DNA of 64,000 nucleotides from the human T2T-CHM13v2.0 reference genome, Homo sapiens. Position numbers and translations under genes: made by a program. This document shows positions 37,006 to 49,350 of this stretch, one piece after another. The DNA is taken from NCBI RefSeq assembly GCF_009914755.1, contig NC_060926.1; one strand, 5' to 3'. The notes under the pieces are model-generated. The model made no database searches and was not told the origin of the DNA. It was given only the letters and a program-made list of their open reading frames with translations. The number at the start of each line of letters is the position of its first letter. The first letter of the stretch is position 1.

Positions 37006-39689
37006 GTGATATGGTTGTGAAGAGCGAAGTTGAAGGGCGATGACAGGCCCATTCGCATCTGTGACTAATCTTGGTGGGTGCCCAGCTGACTGGCAAGAGC
37101 AGTGCTGCCAGGTGTGGAGCTGGCAGGTGAGAGGCAGCTGACATGGACAGACACCCCTGCTCCTCGTCACCTGCCCTGATAGTGCAGGCCAGGCTGACCA
37201 GGAAAGCTGCCAGCCCCAGGTCCCTGGACCACTTGGGACAGCTCCCCTGGAGGGCCAGGCCCATCAGTACAGGGGCTGGGGGAGGACAGCTTAGGGTGGA
37301 AAAGCCCTGGAAGCTAATTCAGAGGAGAAGAGCATCTTCAGGTTCCTCCTGTACCCCATCAGGGATCGAGGCAGGGGCTCCAGATGGACCAGAGACTCTG
37401 ATGCCAGGACGCAAACATCATAAGGTCATGGCGGCGGGGGGCCTGGTTCCTGACTGCAGCTCCCAGAGACCCCAGTGCACTGTCCCCGCATCAGGTTAGG
37501 GCTACGGGGCCGCTCCCCCATGAAGCCCGCCAAGGACAGCTTTTGTCATTCCTGGCCTGTGCTTAGACCTGAAGAAACTCATACTCAGGGCTTTGGGTGT
37601 GAGAAGCCAGATCCAACTCCTCAAGAAGGTGGAATACTATGGAATCATTGAATTTTTAAAATTTAGGAGTTATCATACACTTTTCAAAACTCTAATCCCA
37701 GGATATTGAAATCCTTCTAATAAGGATTTAACATCCAAATTAAGCAAATATGCACAAGAGTTTTCAAGTAACTCTTCTTAGTTTGAAATCATTGCATCCA
37801 GACACTGAGAAATAGTTTACTTACTTCAGATGGCAAATCCAGGCTCCCTCAGCCTATTTAGGAAATTTTATTTGAGTGAATTACTTTTAAAAAGTGGAGA
37901 GAGATTCAATGCCCCATTCTGAAAAATGCCTTATAGAGTGTTTGCTAAAGCAAAGGGAATGTCCAACTCTGTGGAAGAAACAATGCCTCCTGACTCAACA
38001 GCCCCCTCACATAGCCCCAGGGCGAAGTCTGTTAGCACATTGTTTTCTGAAATAAAACTCTATGAGTATTTTTGAAAGTATCTTTCATGTGTGGGTGTGA
38101 AATAGAATACTTCAGAATTGTTTTTCTATAAATTTCTAATTTTTAAAATTTAACTTTCAAGCCCTTCAATTAGAGAAAAAAAAAAACCCTTATTTTCTAG
38201 GTCCCTCGCCTTTCCCACATCTCCATTCTCTCCTTACAAGAGTGAGGCCAGGCCTGTGTGAGGAGTAAGACCTCCAGGGAAGGGAGGGGGATCGACGAGG
38301 ACCTGGGGAGAGAGCAGGGGGATTAACACCCCAGGTCATCCTGTCCTCACCACAAGAAGGGTTTTGGGCTGAACAAACCTGGGGGCAGGGTCCTGGCTGG
38401 TGGCCATGGTACAGGCGCAGTGTTTTACCTGTAGAACTGATTGAAATCTTTCTGGAAACTGCAGTATTAAAATCTGAACATGAGTTTGCAGCCATAACAA
38501 ATTTAAATTTAGTGTTAAGTCCACAGTTTAAATATCTGAAGTAGAATTGTGAGGCCCATTCATACATGTAATTCAGTAATAACTTGAAGAACAATGTTTT
38601 AGAAGACCAGAATAAGAAATCTGATCTTATATACCCCCAAACCACTTTTTTGTTGATGAGAAATGTATAATTGATAAGTTATCTATGTCATAGAAAATAG
38701 CTCGTTCTTAAAATATGTGGTCAGAAGATAATGTGGAGATAGCTATGTTCTATTATTAATATAATGATGCTGCTACCAAGATGTGAACATTAATTAAATG
38801 TCATAACATAGTTTGGGATTAAATGATAAAATGCAGAATAATATTTTATGAAAGATTTTATCTGATATGTTTGTGAAAAGAAAAGCAGGATTGACTTTGA
38901 AAATAATTTATTGAACAATTACCTTAGATTGCAACCTCCATTCTGTAGAAGTTTTATGATACATTCGATTGTATTCTGAATTTGTTCCTTTGGTGAGTCC
39001 CTGGAGCCCCTGAGTATGGTAAGTGAGGAGGCCGTGATTATGGGGGAACGCATGGAATAGGGGAGTCAGGCCATAAATTAGATTCATAATGAGCCTCGGG
39101 GCAGCTCACGATCCGCACCTGCTTGTGGGTCCTTGACTTTAAGGGGTATGTACTGGGAGAGGATTGAGGCAGCGGACTGTTTTGGTTGCATTAGAAATGC
39201 CTTTTGATGACATTAGTTTGTCTAGATATCAGCTAACAGAGCACTATGGAAATGCTACCCAGAACCTTAAATTAAAGTGATCAGCTGTGGATTGCCTCTG
39301 GGGTCATAAAATAATTAGGATGCAGGAGGCAGGATAACTTCAGCCAGGCTGCTGTGTGAAAAGTTCCAGTTAGAAGCTGCAGAAGTTTTCCTGTTTACTT
39401 TTTATCATCCAGTAAGTTTTATAAATCTTGGTTTGAAAAGTAAAGTTCCTAGATATGCTAATGTTAAAATGTTAGAGCCTTCATAATTATATAATGTTCA
39501 TTTCTAAAAGTGTGAAAACACAAATTGGCTGAGCCTTTTCTCTCAACTTTGACACACTGAAGTCCTGGTGTTTGAATGAGGTGGTTTTAAAATAACGATT
39601 TTTCATGGATAAAACTAACCACCTTGGTATTTTTGTTAAACCTGATGGTCTGTAAGGTGCTTTCCACAGTGATCTTCCTTCACTCCTGT

Positions 39690-40382
39690 TGAGGCAGCTT
39701 GGGCTCCACCGTAATAAGGAACCACAGGTGGGCTGGCTTAGGCAGCAGGGACTCCCTTCTCACCGTTCTGGGAGGTGGAAGTCCAACACCAAGGTGCTGT
39801 GGGTTTGGTTACTGGCAAAGGGCTGCCTTCCTGGCTTGCAGGCGAAGGCCTTATAGGTGTGTCCTCATATGGTAGAGTTACTGGCAAGGGCCAGCTTCCT
39901 GGCCTGCAGGCAAAGGCCTTATAGGTGTGTCCTCATATGGTAGAGTTACTGGCAAGGGCTGGCTTCCTGGCCTGCAGGCAAAGGCCTTATAGGTGTGTCC
40001 TCATATGGTAGAGTTACTGGCAAGGGCTGGCTTCCTGGACTGCAGGCGAAGGCCTTATAGGTGTGTCCTCATATGGTAGAGTTACTGGCAAGGGCCAGCT
40101 TCCTGGCCTGCAGGCAAAGGCCTTATATGTGTGTCCTCACATGGTAGAGACAGCGAGGTGGGGGTGGGGAGAGAAAGAGCAAGAGAGAAAAAAGAGAAAA
40201 AAAAAGAGAGAGAGAGAGCGCTGTATCTGCTGTCTTTTCCTGTTCCAACCCTATCAGATAGGGCCCACCTGAATGACCTCATCTGACCTTAGTTACCTCC
40301 TACAGGCCCTACCTCCAATGCAGTCACACTGGAGGTCACGACTTCAACACGGATTTTAGGGGGACACAGTCCCATTCCCAGC
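39690..40382 (-). mobile_element. MaLR LTR (MLT1A-like) containing an internal minisatellite
   Basis: ctcaccgttctgggaggtggaagtccaacaccaaggtgc at the left; cctacctccaatgcagtcacactgg...gggacaca at the right. Confidence 0.75.
39809..40149 (+). repeat. 68-bp tandem repeat x5
   Basis: ttactggcaa starts at 39809, 39878, 39946, 40014 and 40082. Confidence 0.95.
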
Positions 40383-41290
40383 ACTTCCTATTAGGGCTCA
40401 CAGTACAGCTCTCACTTTCCAGATGCAGAAACTTGATTTTAGAGAGATTTAGAGACCTAAATACCTAAATGGCTAGTACAAATGTACACAGAAAGGAACA
40501 TTTCAAGAGACTGCACAAAGTAGGTATGAAATAAATATTATTCTGGCTTAGCTAAAATCATAGAGAACAAGCCCTTCACATTCCAGTAAACATATATTTA
40601 TGTTGGTTGTTAATGGTGTAATTTTTTTCTTACCTATCTTGTTAAGAATATTAGTCCAGATTTTACCACAGGTGATCAGTTTCTTGATATTTTCTTTGAA
40701 ATATCAAGGATATTTTAGGGTATTTCAGGATATCTTCCTGACATGTATAAGTGAGTCAAATGACAGTTTTAAAATGTCATTCTTTGGCAGTCTATCAAGG
40801 CAGAAACTAACTTGTTTCTTCTCAAAATGTATTTTCTCTCATCTTGTACTTGCTTGCATGAGTTTCAAATACTTACACTAACAGCTACAATTTTAAAATG
40901 TTATTGAGCATTTTCAGAAATTCCATACAGAGAGGCCTCCAGTTACTATGACGTAGATAATTCAATTTTCTCATCCTCCATAGCCTTAGAACTCAGAAGC
41001 GTAAGGCTGTTTGCTGTGGCACACAGAGGAGCAGCTGGCAGGTGGACGGACGCCTTTCTCCCCACTCCCTCAGTTGGCCATGAACACTACAGAATTTAGC
41101 GTCTGCTGAGGGAGGGAATGAACCCCCCCTTGGTTCTGCAGTCCACATTCATTGTGAGATGCATTCTGGCCTGCAAAGTCAACCGTCCATGTGTTGAGGA
41201 GGAAAACGGTATGCCTCCCACATGCAGGAGTAACTCCCTCTCCCTCCTCTGTAGAGGATATCCTTGGAAACCCTCTGTCCACATAATGGG

Positions 41291-41885
41291 ATTTATTTAT
41301 TCAGCTTTATTGAGCTACAACTAATAAAAATTGTACATGCTTAAGGTGTACAGGGTATGTTCTCATATGCATATACATTGTGAAATGCACACTACAAACA
41401 AGCTAATACATACATCACCTCTTACAGTTACCTTTGTTTTTTGTGGTGAGGACATGTAAGGTTTATTCTCTTAGCAAATTTTAAGGAAATATGGTATTAT
41501 TAACCATAGTCACCATGCTTTCCATTAGAGCCACAGAACTTGTTTACCTTACAGCTGAAATGTTGCACCCTTTGGCCTGCACCTCCGCCCCCCAACCCTG
41601 AACGCCCCTGGTAACCACGGTTCTACCCTCTGCTTCTGCGTTCAACATCCTTAGATTCCACATGCAGGAGACCGTGTGGTATTTGTCTTTCTGCGCCTGG
41701 CTTATTCGACTCGGCACAGTGTCCTCCAGGCTCATCCATGTTGCCACAGATGGCAGGATTTCCTTCTTTATGGCTGAAGGATGTTCCATTCGGTGTATCT
41801 ACTGCATCTTCTTTATTCTCGCATCTACTGGTGGACACTTGGGTTGTATCCATATCTTGGCTGTTGTCAGTAATGCTTTGATGAG
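41291..41885 (-). mobile_element. L1MA-type 3' end (ORF2 C-terminus and 3'UTR)
   Basis: Minus-strand peptide AIKKEILPSVATWMSLED...ISQAQKDKYH; L1MA-like 3'UTR with AATAAA on the minus strand. Confidence 0.85.
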
Positions 41886-43301
41886 CAGGTTTAAGAGCCT
41901 GTTACTCTGTCCATTGGTGCAGTGTCACTGGGAAGCATCTGTGGCATTTCAGGTAAATACTGAGAATGTGGATGCAATGAGAGCCCGTGGTATGGATGTC
42001 CCAGGAGTGGCTCTGACTTTGCTGTTCACAGTATCTGGAATACAGTCTAACACCAAGAAAAAGCCAAAACGATCACTCTGTAGCAAAGCCCCCGAAATAC
42101 GGCTCTTTTTCTGTGTATAAAATTATTTTTGTCAGTTAAAAATACTATATGTCCAAAAAGGATCGAAATGGTAAAATTTCCAATTAAAGTATTATTTGCT
42201 GTGTCCCCATATACACACTTTAACACAGGTATATTTGCTCTAATTTTTGGTTTCTTTCCTTTGAGTTTATGAAGTATTTCCCCCTAAGAAGGACATTCCT
42301 GGGGTATCTCAGGCTGCGGAAGCCCTCACAGCAGCCTCCCTGCATCTGCACCTGCACCGCTGGCCGGGGCGGGAGCTCCCAGGTCCCCCCTTCGGCGTGG
42401 GCTCTGCCACCCTTTTACTTCTTTGTCCTTGCTTTGCACAGCAGATTCCTTTCAGAGCCATTCAGCCTGAACATGCTCATGTTTCCTCTTAGAACTCAAA
42501 GAATGTCTGTCACTTCTGTTTTTCCTGTAGTGTATTTTTGAGGTAAAAGCACCCTTTGGCCACTGTCCGTCTACCCCAGGCTGCCTCTGTGCGCCCCCTC
42601 AGAGCAGCACCAGTCACTCATGTCTACCTGAAGTTGGCAACAGTCGCATTCATCAGATTAGACCACAGCAAAACATAGGTGCATGGCTTAATGCGCAAGA
42701 GATTTGGAGATTTTTTACCATTTCACTAGCCAGTTAAAGGCCTATTGTGCTTTTAGCTTTTTATCACAACCTACCCTTAAATATCCCAGACATCTGTGGT
42801 CAGAGGACGTGAAAAAATGGATCATTCATGAATTAATATTGGTTGAAGATTGTCCTAAACACGGCTGACTTCAGCAGAGACGTACAGTGAAGCGTGAGCC
42901 GGTCCTGGGGTTGGTGGGTAGAGAGCGGTTCTAAAACAGGACTGAGTGCTCCGCCCCACTTCCCTTTCACCACCTGGGAGAAGGTGGACCCCTCGTTTCT
43001 TCATGGAGCTCCGTTCCTCACAAGCAGAATGCAGATGGGATGACAGTTCTGTGGGGATTCTTCCTGGATTTCAGACAATGCCTGGAATGGGGCCTATTCT
43101 TTATCACTGTCTTCGTTTTCATACGTGCAATACCACGGAGTAAAGATTTGAAATAGTGTCATTACTGTCATATTTAGCCAAAGTTGCTTTGGAAATATAA
43201 TTTAACACGTATTTGGGTTTAAATGAAGAATTTCTTTTGAATTCACTTTCTGATAGTGCATTTTAACCTAAACTTGGTTTGTTTTCTAAAATGTTTTAAA
43301 G

Positions 43302-43358
43302 CGCAGAACTGTTACACTCCGCAGACAGCCAGTTGGCGGCTTGGGCCTGAGTATAAAG
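43302..43358 (+). CDS. SNTG2: Gamma-2 syntrophin coding exon (exon 3), 57 nt, phase 0/0: RRTVTLRRQPVGGLGLSIK (PDZ start, GLGF-equivalent loop)
   Basis: ttttaaag| acceptor; aag|gtatgg donor; continues the exon 2 frame; syntrophin PDZ motif GGLGLSIKGG spans exons 3-4. Confidence 0.96.
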
Positions 43359-43458
43359 GTATGGAAATGGTTTTCTCTATTCCTGCTTTTTATTTTTGAA
43401 GAACTTTCCAGTGTGAATCATGATAACCACGTTTCTTTCTGATGGCTTTGTCTTTCAG

Positions 43459-43516
43459 GGAGGTTCTGAGCACAACGTCCCTGTCGTCATATCAAAAATA
43501 TTCGAAGACCAAGCAG
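43459..43516 (+). CDS. SNTG2: Gamma-2 syntrophin coding exon (exon 4), 58 nt, phase 0/1: GGSEHNVPVVISKIFEDQA
   Basis: ctgat branch point and tgtctttcag| acceptor; cag|gtaaaa donor; syntrophin PDZ peptide. Confidence 0.96.
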
Positions 43517-44678
43517 GTAAAAACAGCCAAAATGACCTGTGTATGCATCACAGCCATTTGTGAGATAACAAATTACTGAAAATGATAAAAATCAGCAGAT
43601 ATGTGTTTTGCTCGATTACCTAAACTTCCGTTTTATTTTTGTAGCTGTGTCTTGTTTCAAAGGATGCTTCTTATGCCCTGATCTGAGGCTGCCCTTTTTA
43701 ACCTCTGCTGATCCCTCTGGCCCTTAAGAGAGACACTAATTCTCTGTTTGAGGTATCAGGTTATCCCCCCTCTAAAGATATTGATGATTCAGGGGTTTGA
43801 ATGCTGATTTTAAGGTATTTTAAAAATCGAGGAGAATTACATATAGATGGAGAAGTCCATGGTGTTCGTTGAAGTATCTGATACACAAGTCTCTGAGCCT
43901 AAGAACGTAATGAGCCTGTTGCAGGACTAGCTGACCGCGCTCAGGTGGGGCTGAAACGCCGTCCATTCTGCACTTGGCAGCTGGTGGTACTGCACTGACT
44001 ACCACCTCCATCCCTGAAATGAAACACTGGCTATGGGAATAATCACAAGAATAACTGACATTCATAGGGAGAGATTACTCTGTGTAGAATCGAAAAGTGA
44101 GGGTGGGATTTCTGGCCACACATTCCACTATCGGGTAGACTGTTTCTCATACAATTCGATTTTGGACATAATGAACCCCCTGCGGTAAACTCCATGCATC
44201 TGTCTCCCTATCGGGAGGATTCTGCATCCTTGTGGCTGGCCTCCTCCCACCTGGTCCAGCAGCTCCTGGGTGTGCAGCCTCAGGCCACTCCTCCCCTGCT
44301 CTCCAGAGCAAGGGGCACCTGGACATGCGGTCCGTGTCGGGGGGTGGGGCGGTTAGCTTATGTCCTTGAGGCCTGCAGGGGAACAGGAAGCAAGACAGAG
44401 TGGGCAAGCGGGTGGCCTTATGACCTCATGTGCCTCACACCGGAAAGCACAGCCACTGCAGGGGACCCCTGGCTGTGTCCCTGGAGGGGACATGCTTCTC
44501 TCCACGCTCCACCAGAAATGTGGAGGTTCTGGGTGAAAAGCACAGAATAAGCTCATACTTTTTCTCTAAACATTCTTACTCATTTCACCCAATTTTACCC
44601 AAACCATAAGCCCAGTATGCAGGTAGAGTGCCCTGAAGAGGCTGGAGGTCCCAGGCTGGGGAAGCCTTAACCATGAGC

Positions 44679-44895
44679 CCTCTGAAGGTGGGTGCAGTGA
44701 GGGCAGTGATGGTCAGGTCCTCTGAAGGTGGGTGTGGTGAGGGCAGTGATGGTCAGGTCATCTGAAGGTGGGTGTAGTGAGGGCAGTGATGGTCAGGTCC
44801 TCTGAAGGTGGGTGCAGTGAGGGCAGCGATGGTCAGGTCATCTGAAGGTGGGTGTGGTGAGGGCAGTTGTGGTGAGGGCAGTCATGGTCAGGTCA
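44679..44895 (+). repeat. 40-bp minisatellite, about 5 copies
   Basis: tctgaaggtgggtg recurs at 44681, 44721, 44761, 44801 and 44841. Confidence 0.95.
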
Positions 44896-45315
44896 GCCAT
44901 GTGTGGTGCAGGAGACCATGTTTTGCTGCAGAGATTGCCCCAGTGGGATTTGGATTCCCCACAGCAGCTGTGAACACGTTCTCAGGGAAGAGAGGTTTCC
45001 ACAGAATGCGTTGCCATGAAATTTGCATCCGGGTAAAGATTCTTTTTCGGCAGAAGGACATTTAAGAGTCAGGTCAGCAACACATTTTTCTCCTTTTTGA
45101 GCAAGCTTACAAACCTGCCGTTAAACTTGCAGCAGATGGGATTCCATTTAATCAGGAATTAGGGGCCAGCAAGCCCCGAAACCCAGAGACAGTCTCAGCC
45201 TCAGAGGCAGCAGGTGCTGTTCAGAAGGAAACCTAGAAATTTAAGTGTGATAAGAAATACAGGTTAGTTGTAACCAAGATGGCGGGAAAAGTGAGAGAGC
45301 TATGCAGGCCTCTGA

Positions 45316-45630
<315 letters not shown>

Positions 45631-47149
45631 TCTTTTTGAGGTTTTTCGAGCATTTCAAAAGAAACATTATGATTCATTTGAACTACAGTATTTTGTTGCA
45701 TGTATTACATCAAGTGTTATAATGGCGGTGTTGACGAGCTTGGCAGGGCCCAGTGCTTTGGCTCATATAAAGTGGGATTCCACACGGGCGCCGTGGGTCC
45801 ACCGTTGCTGTGTCGGGCGTGGTTGGTTCTTGTTGCACCCCTGAAGCCATCTGGCTGACTGATGGATAGTGGAAAGAAGGCATGGCCCAATGCAGCTCTG
45901 TTCCTGTCCTCTTTGCAAACATTTTCAGTTATTTTCATTAATGGGTTTTTTTTTAATTGGTGGATATGATGAAAAGTCTCAGAAAAGAGAATAAGACAGT
46001 AAGGTTAGCCAGTAGGTAACGTTCAGTAAAGGATGTTTACGGTCAATTCAGAAGGAAAATCCATTTTACCTGTAGGGGAGAAACAGCTCAAGAAGGCTAC
46101 ACTCCCTGGAGTGTGAACGTGACCCTGGGGTTGTAGCCCGTGTGCCCTCCCGAGCCTCATCCCTGCCTCAGGCAACCAAGGCTTGGTGAGTGTGGTCAGG
46201 AGAAACTGGGACCCAGGAGATTCCAAACTTAGCAGTCTTCAGACCATGCTGATGCCATTCTCTTCTGACATTGGAAGCTTCACAAGTAACTCCAGTGTGG
46301 TAGCCCCAGTGGGAGGTCCCCACGCTCCTCCCAGGCCTGCTCCCAGGCTCGCATTCTGTGCCTCCTGCAGATTTCCCACCCAGAGCCTGCCTGCCTGCCC
46401 CTGCTGCCCCCTCCCCCAGCCAGCTTGCCTGTCTCCATCCTCACCACCCCTCCAGGCCCAGGCCCAGGCCCACGACCTCAGCAGGCACTTGGAGATGAAC
46501 TTACATGGTTCCTCCCTGCACCTGCCTCTCCCCACTGGGATCCATTTCATCAGCTGTGCCAGAATTCATGTTTTAGAGACACATTTATATCCTCGTTTTA
46601 TGCACATTCAGGAACAGAAAGTCCTGGCAATGAATTGGGAGTTTTTAGGGATCAGAAGCTTGGTCTCATTTATTTTATGTCTTCCATTCCATGTAAAACA
46701 CAGAATGCATGTTTTGCAGGAAGCAGAGCCCCTGGGTTGTCCTGAATGTCTTGTGTTAAACTGACACAGGAGTCTGGCCTCAGGATGAAGGGAGTGCAGG
46801 AGGCGCTGTGGGACTTCGGTGCTGGAGCCCAGGAGAGCATACCCTCTACCCCACGGAGCACAGCGCTGCCAGATAGGGCGGGATGCAGACAAACCAAATG
46901 CGGGGTGATCAGTTAGAACTAGGAATACCTACGGATGCTAAGAGAAGCTGTCTGCATTCCTCCACATTTTAGATCCTCTTCTGGATGAGCAGGTCTGCAG
47001 TTATCCCCAGGTGATGAGAGGCCGGGACAGGTGGGAAAGCTCTCCAGCTCTCATTCTCCAGGGACACCAGAGCAGCCAGGTAGCCCGAGGCTTCACCTCG
47101 CTCATTTTTAAGAATGAGGCAGTTGTAAGATGTTAGATCAGTGCAAAAT

Positions 47150-48020
47150 ATGAAATTATTAGTGTGCTTATTTATCCATGAGTTTATCCAATCATATTTA
47201 ATAAACAACTTCTACAGATAAGACGCTTCTCGGGCCATCCGCAGAGACCAAGGCAGAATTCTTGCCATTGCAGAGCTTGTAGACAACTGGAGAAGGCAGG
47301 CAGTGAACACGTGTGCGATACATTTGCAGAGATGACGGCTCCTGTGGAGTGAGCGAAACCGTGGTACAGAGGAGACGGGGAGAGGGCGCTGTTTTTTGTA
47401 ATGTGGTTAATGCTTTTATCCTGTGAGTAAGAGAGTCAGCTGAAGTTGGTTTAAAATTAGTGTGATTAGGGTAGCTTCTCATTTAAGAAAAGTCACCCTG
47501 GCTGTTGTGAGGAGGCTGTTCCAGGAAGCAGGGAGGAAGGTGGAGAGCCAGTGCAGGGTGCAGGAGGGGCTGCCGTGCCCTGCCCTTCTGGGATTTTGGT
47601 GAATTTGTAGATAAGTGGCCAGAAGCCGGATGTCCTTGGAGGCTCCACGTCACATGCTGCTGAAGGGTGGGCTGCGTGTCTGAGAGGAAGGAGGACTCAG
47701 GCCAGGTTGAGGTTTCCTTTTAGCCTCAGCACCAGGGGGGCTGATGGTGCGTTTAATGAAATGGCCGACACAGGTCCTGGGTTGTTGAGTGAATGTCAGA
47801 AGCAGAGCGTGGACAGCAGGGGCTCCGTGCTGCATTTCAGGGCTGATTTGCTGGCCAGTGGAGTGTACCTGTGAGAGGCTCAGAGGACGATATCAGGGTA
47901 AGAGAATTTTTAAAGAGAGGCATTTAAATTAAGTGAATGGCACTGAGGTGCTTCCCCAGAGACTTGCTGTAGGTGGAGAGGAGAAGGTGCCTGAGGCCTG
48001 AGTTAGGAGTGTGGACAGCC
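47150..48020 (-). mobile_element. Probable L2 fragment(s)
   Basis: Degenerate (ATTC)n-like end at the left; L2-like internal motifs (aaaagtcaccctggctgttgtgagg). Boundaries approximate. Confidence 0.45.
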
Positions 48021-48567
48021 CAAGGCTGGACACTTGCCTGATGTCCGAGTGGAGCCAGGCAGCCCAGCTCAGCTCACTCGCACCTTGAATTCTTCGCGAA
48101 GTGGCTCGTGAGCCTCTGAATTGCCTGAGCAGCTTTGCAGAGCATGACAGAGCCAAGACTCTGATTGTACCGTTGAGGTGCAGCCTGCGTGCAGGATTCC
48201 ACACCCTGGAGCCCCCGCCCCCTGGTCCCTCTGATGTGGAGACCTTCAGACCTCACACTCCTCACAGGGGACTCAGGATTCACAGGTCCACGTCATGGGT
48301 GTGGAGAGGCTGGGAGGTCGAGATAGGTCTGAGACTCTCCTCAGTGCAGATATAGGGTTGAGCACATATGTCTAGACATTGTTTAATACCTGGTGAGATT
48401 GTATATTTTGGGGAGATCTATAATTATTTTTATTGTGTTTAATGGGAAATTTGTTAATATTACATTTGAAAGGTTAAATATAATTTTTCTTGACATTAAA
48501 TATCAATCACAAATTTTAATTCTTTCAATTCATTAACCTTTCAAATAAATAATGATTATAAATTTCT

Positions 48568-48875
48568 TTTTTTTTTTTATTTTTTTTTTTAGATGGAGTC
48601 TTGCTCTGTCACCCAGGCTGGAGTGCAGTGGTGAGTTCTTGGTTCACTGCAACCAACCTCCACCTCCCAGGTTCAAGTGATTCTCCTGTGCCTCAGCCTC
48701 CTGAGTAGCTGGGATTACAGGCACCCGCCACCACGCTCGGCTAATTTTTGTATTTTTAGTGGAGACGGGGTTTCACCATGTTGGCCGGGATCATCTCGAT
48801 CCCTTGACCTCATGATCCTCCCCCTTTGGCCTCCCAAAGTACTGGGATTACGGGCGTGAGCCACCGTGCCTGGCC
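48568..48875 (-). mobile_element. Full-length Alu (AluSc-like) with 16-bp TSD
   Basis: TSD ATGATTATAAATTTCT at 48552-48567 and 48876-48891. Confidence 0.96.
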
Positions 48876-48969
48876 ATGATTATAAATTTCTACCAATGAT
48901 CCATTTGATGATTTTAAACTTCATAGACACCAGACAAAGCCTCCGTGCATGCTGTGATTGCAGGCGCAC

Positions 48970-49350
48970 ACTCATTGAATCGGTTGTTAGGTTAACAAAC
49001 GTTATAGACCCCTGAGTGCTAAGCACTGTCCTCTGTGCTGAGAGTAGAGAAGCAAAAAATAGACTGATTTCTTGCTTTCAGAGCATGTACATTATAGTCG
49101 GAGAAGATAATAAGCAAAGATACAAGTGAAATTATTATGTCAGGTATGGATAAGACTAGGGAGAAAAATATAGCTACATTTTTGCTAATACTTTCAGGCA
49201 TTCTATGACCTTTAACTACCCTATGAGATGATGACTAGGATTTTCATTCCCATTTTACAGATGAGGACACTGAGGCAAATATATGTTAAAGAGTTTGCAC
49301 AGGGACAGACATGCAAATGGCAGAGCCAGGGAGTGACCCCCAAGACCCTT
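48970..49350 (-). mobile_element. L2 3' fragment followed by MIR fragment
   Basis: aacaaacgtta...gcactgtcctctgtgctg (L2 end); cccattttacagatgaggacactgaggc (MIR core). Confidence 0.6.
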
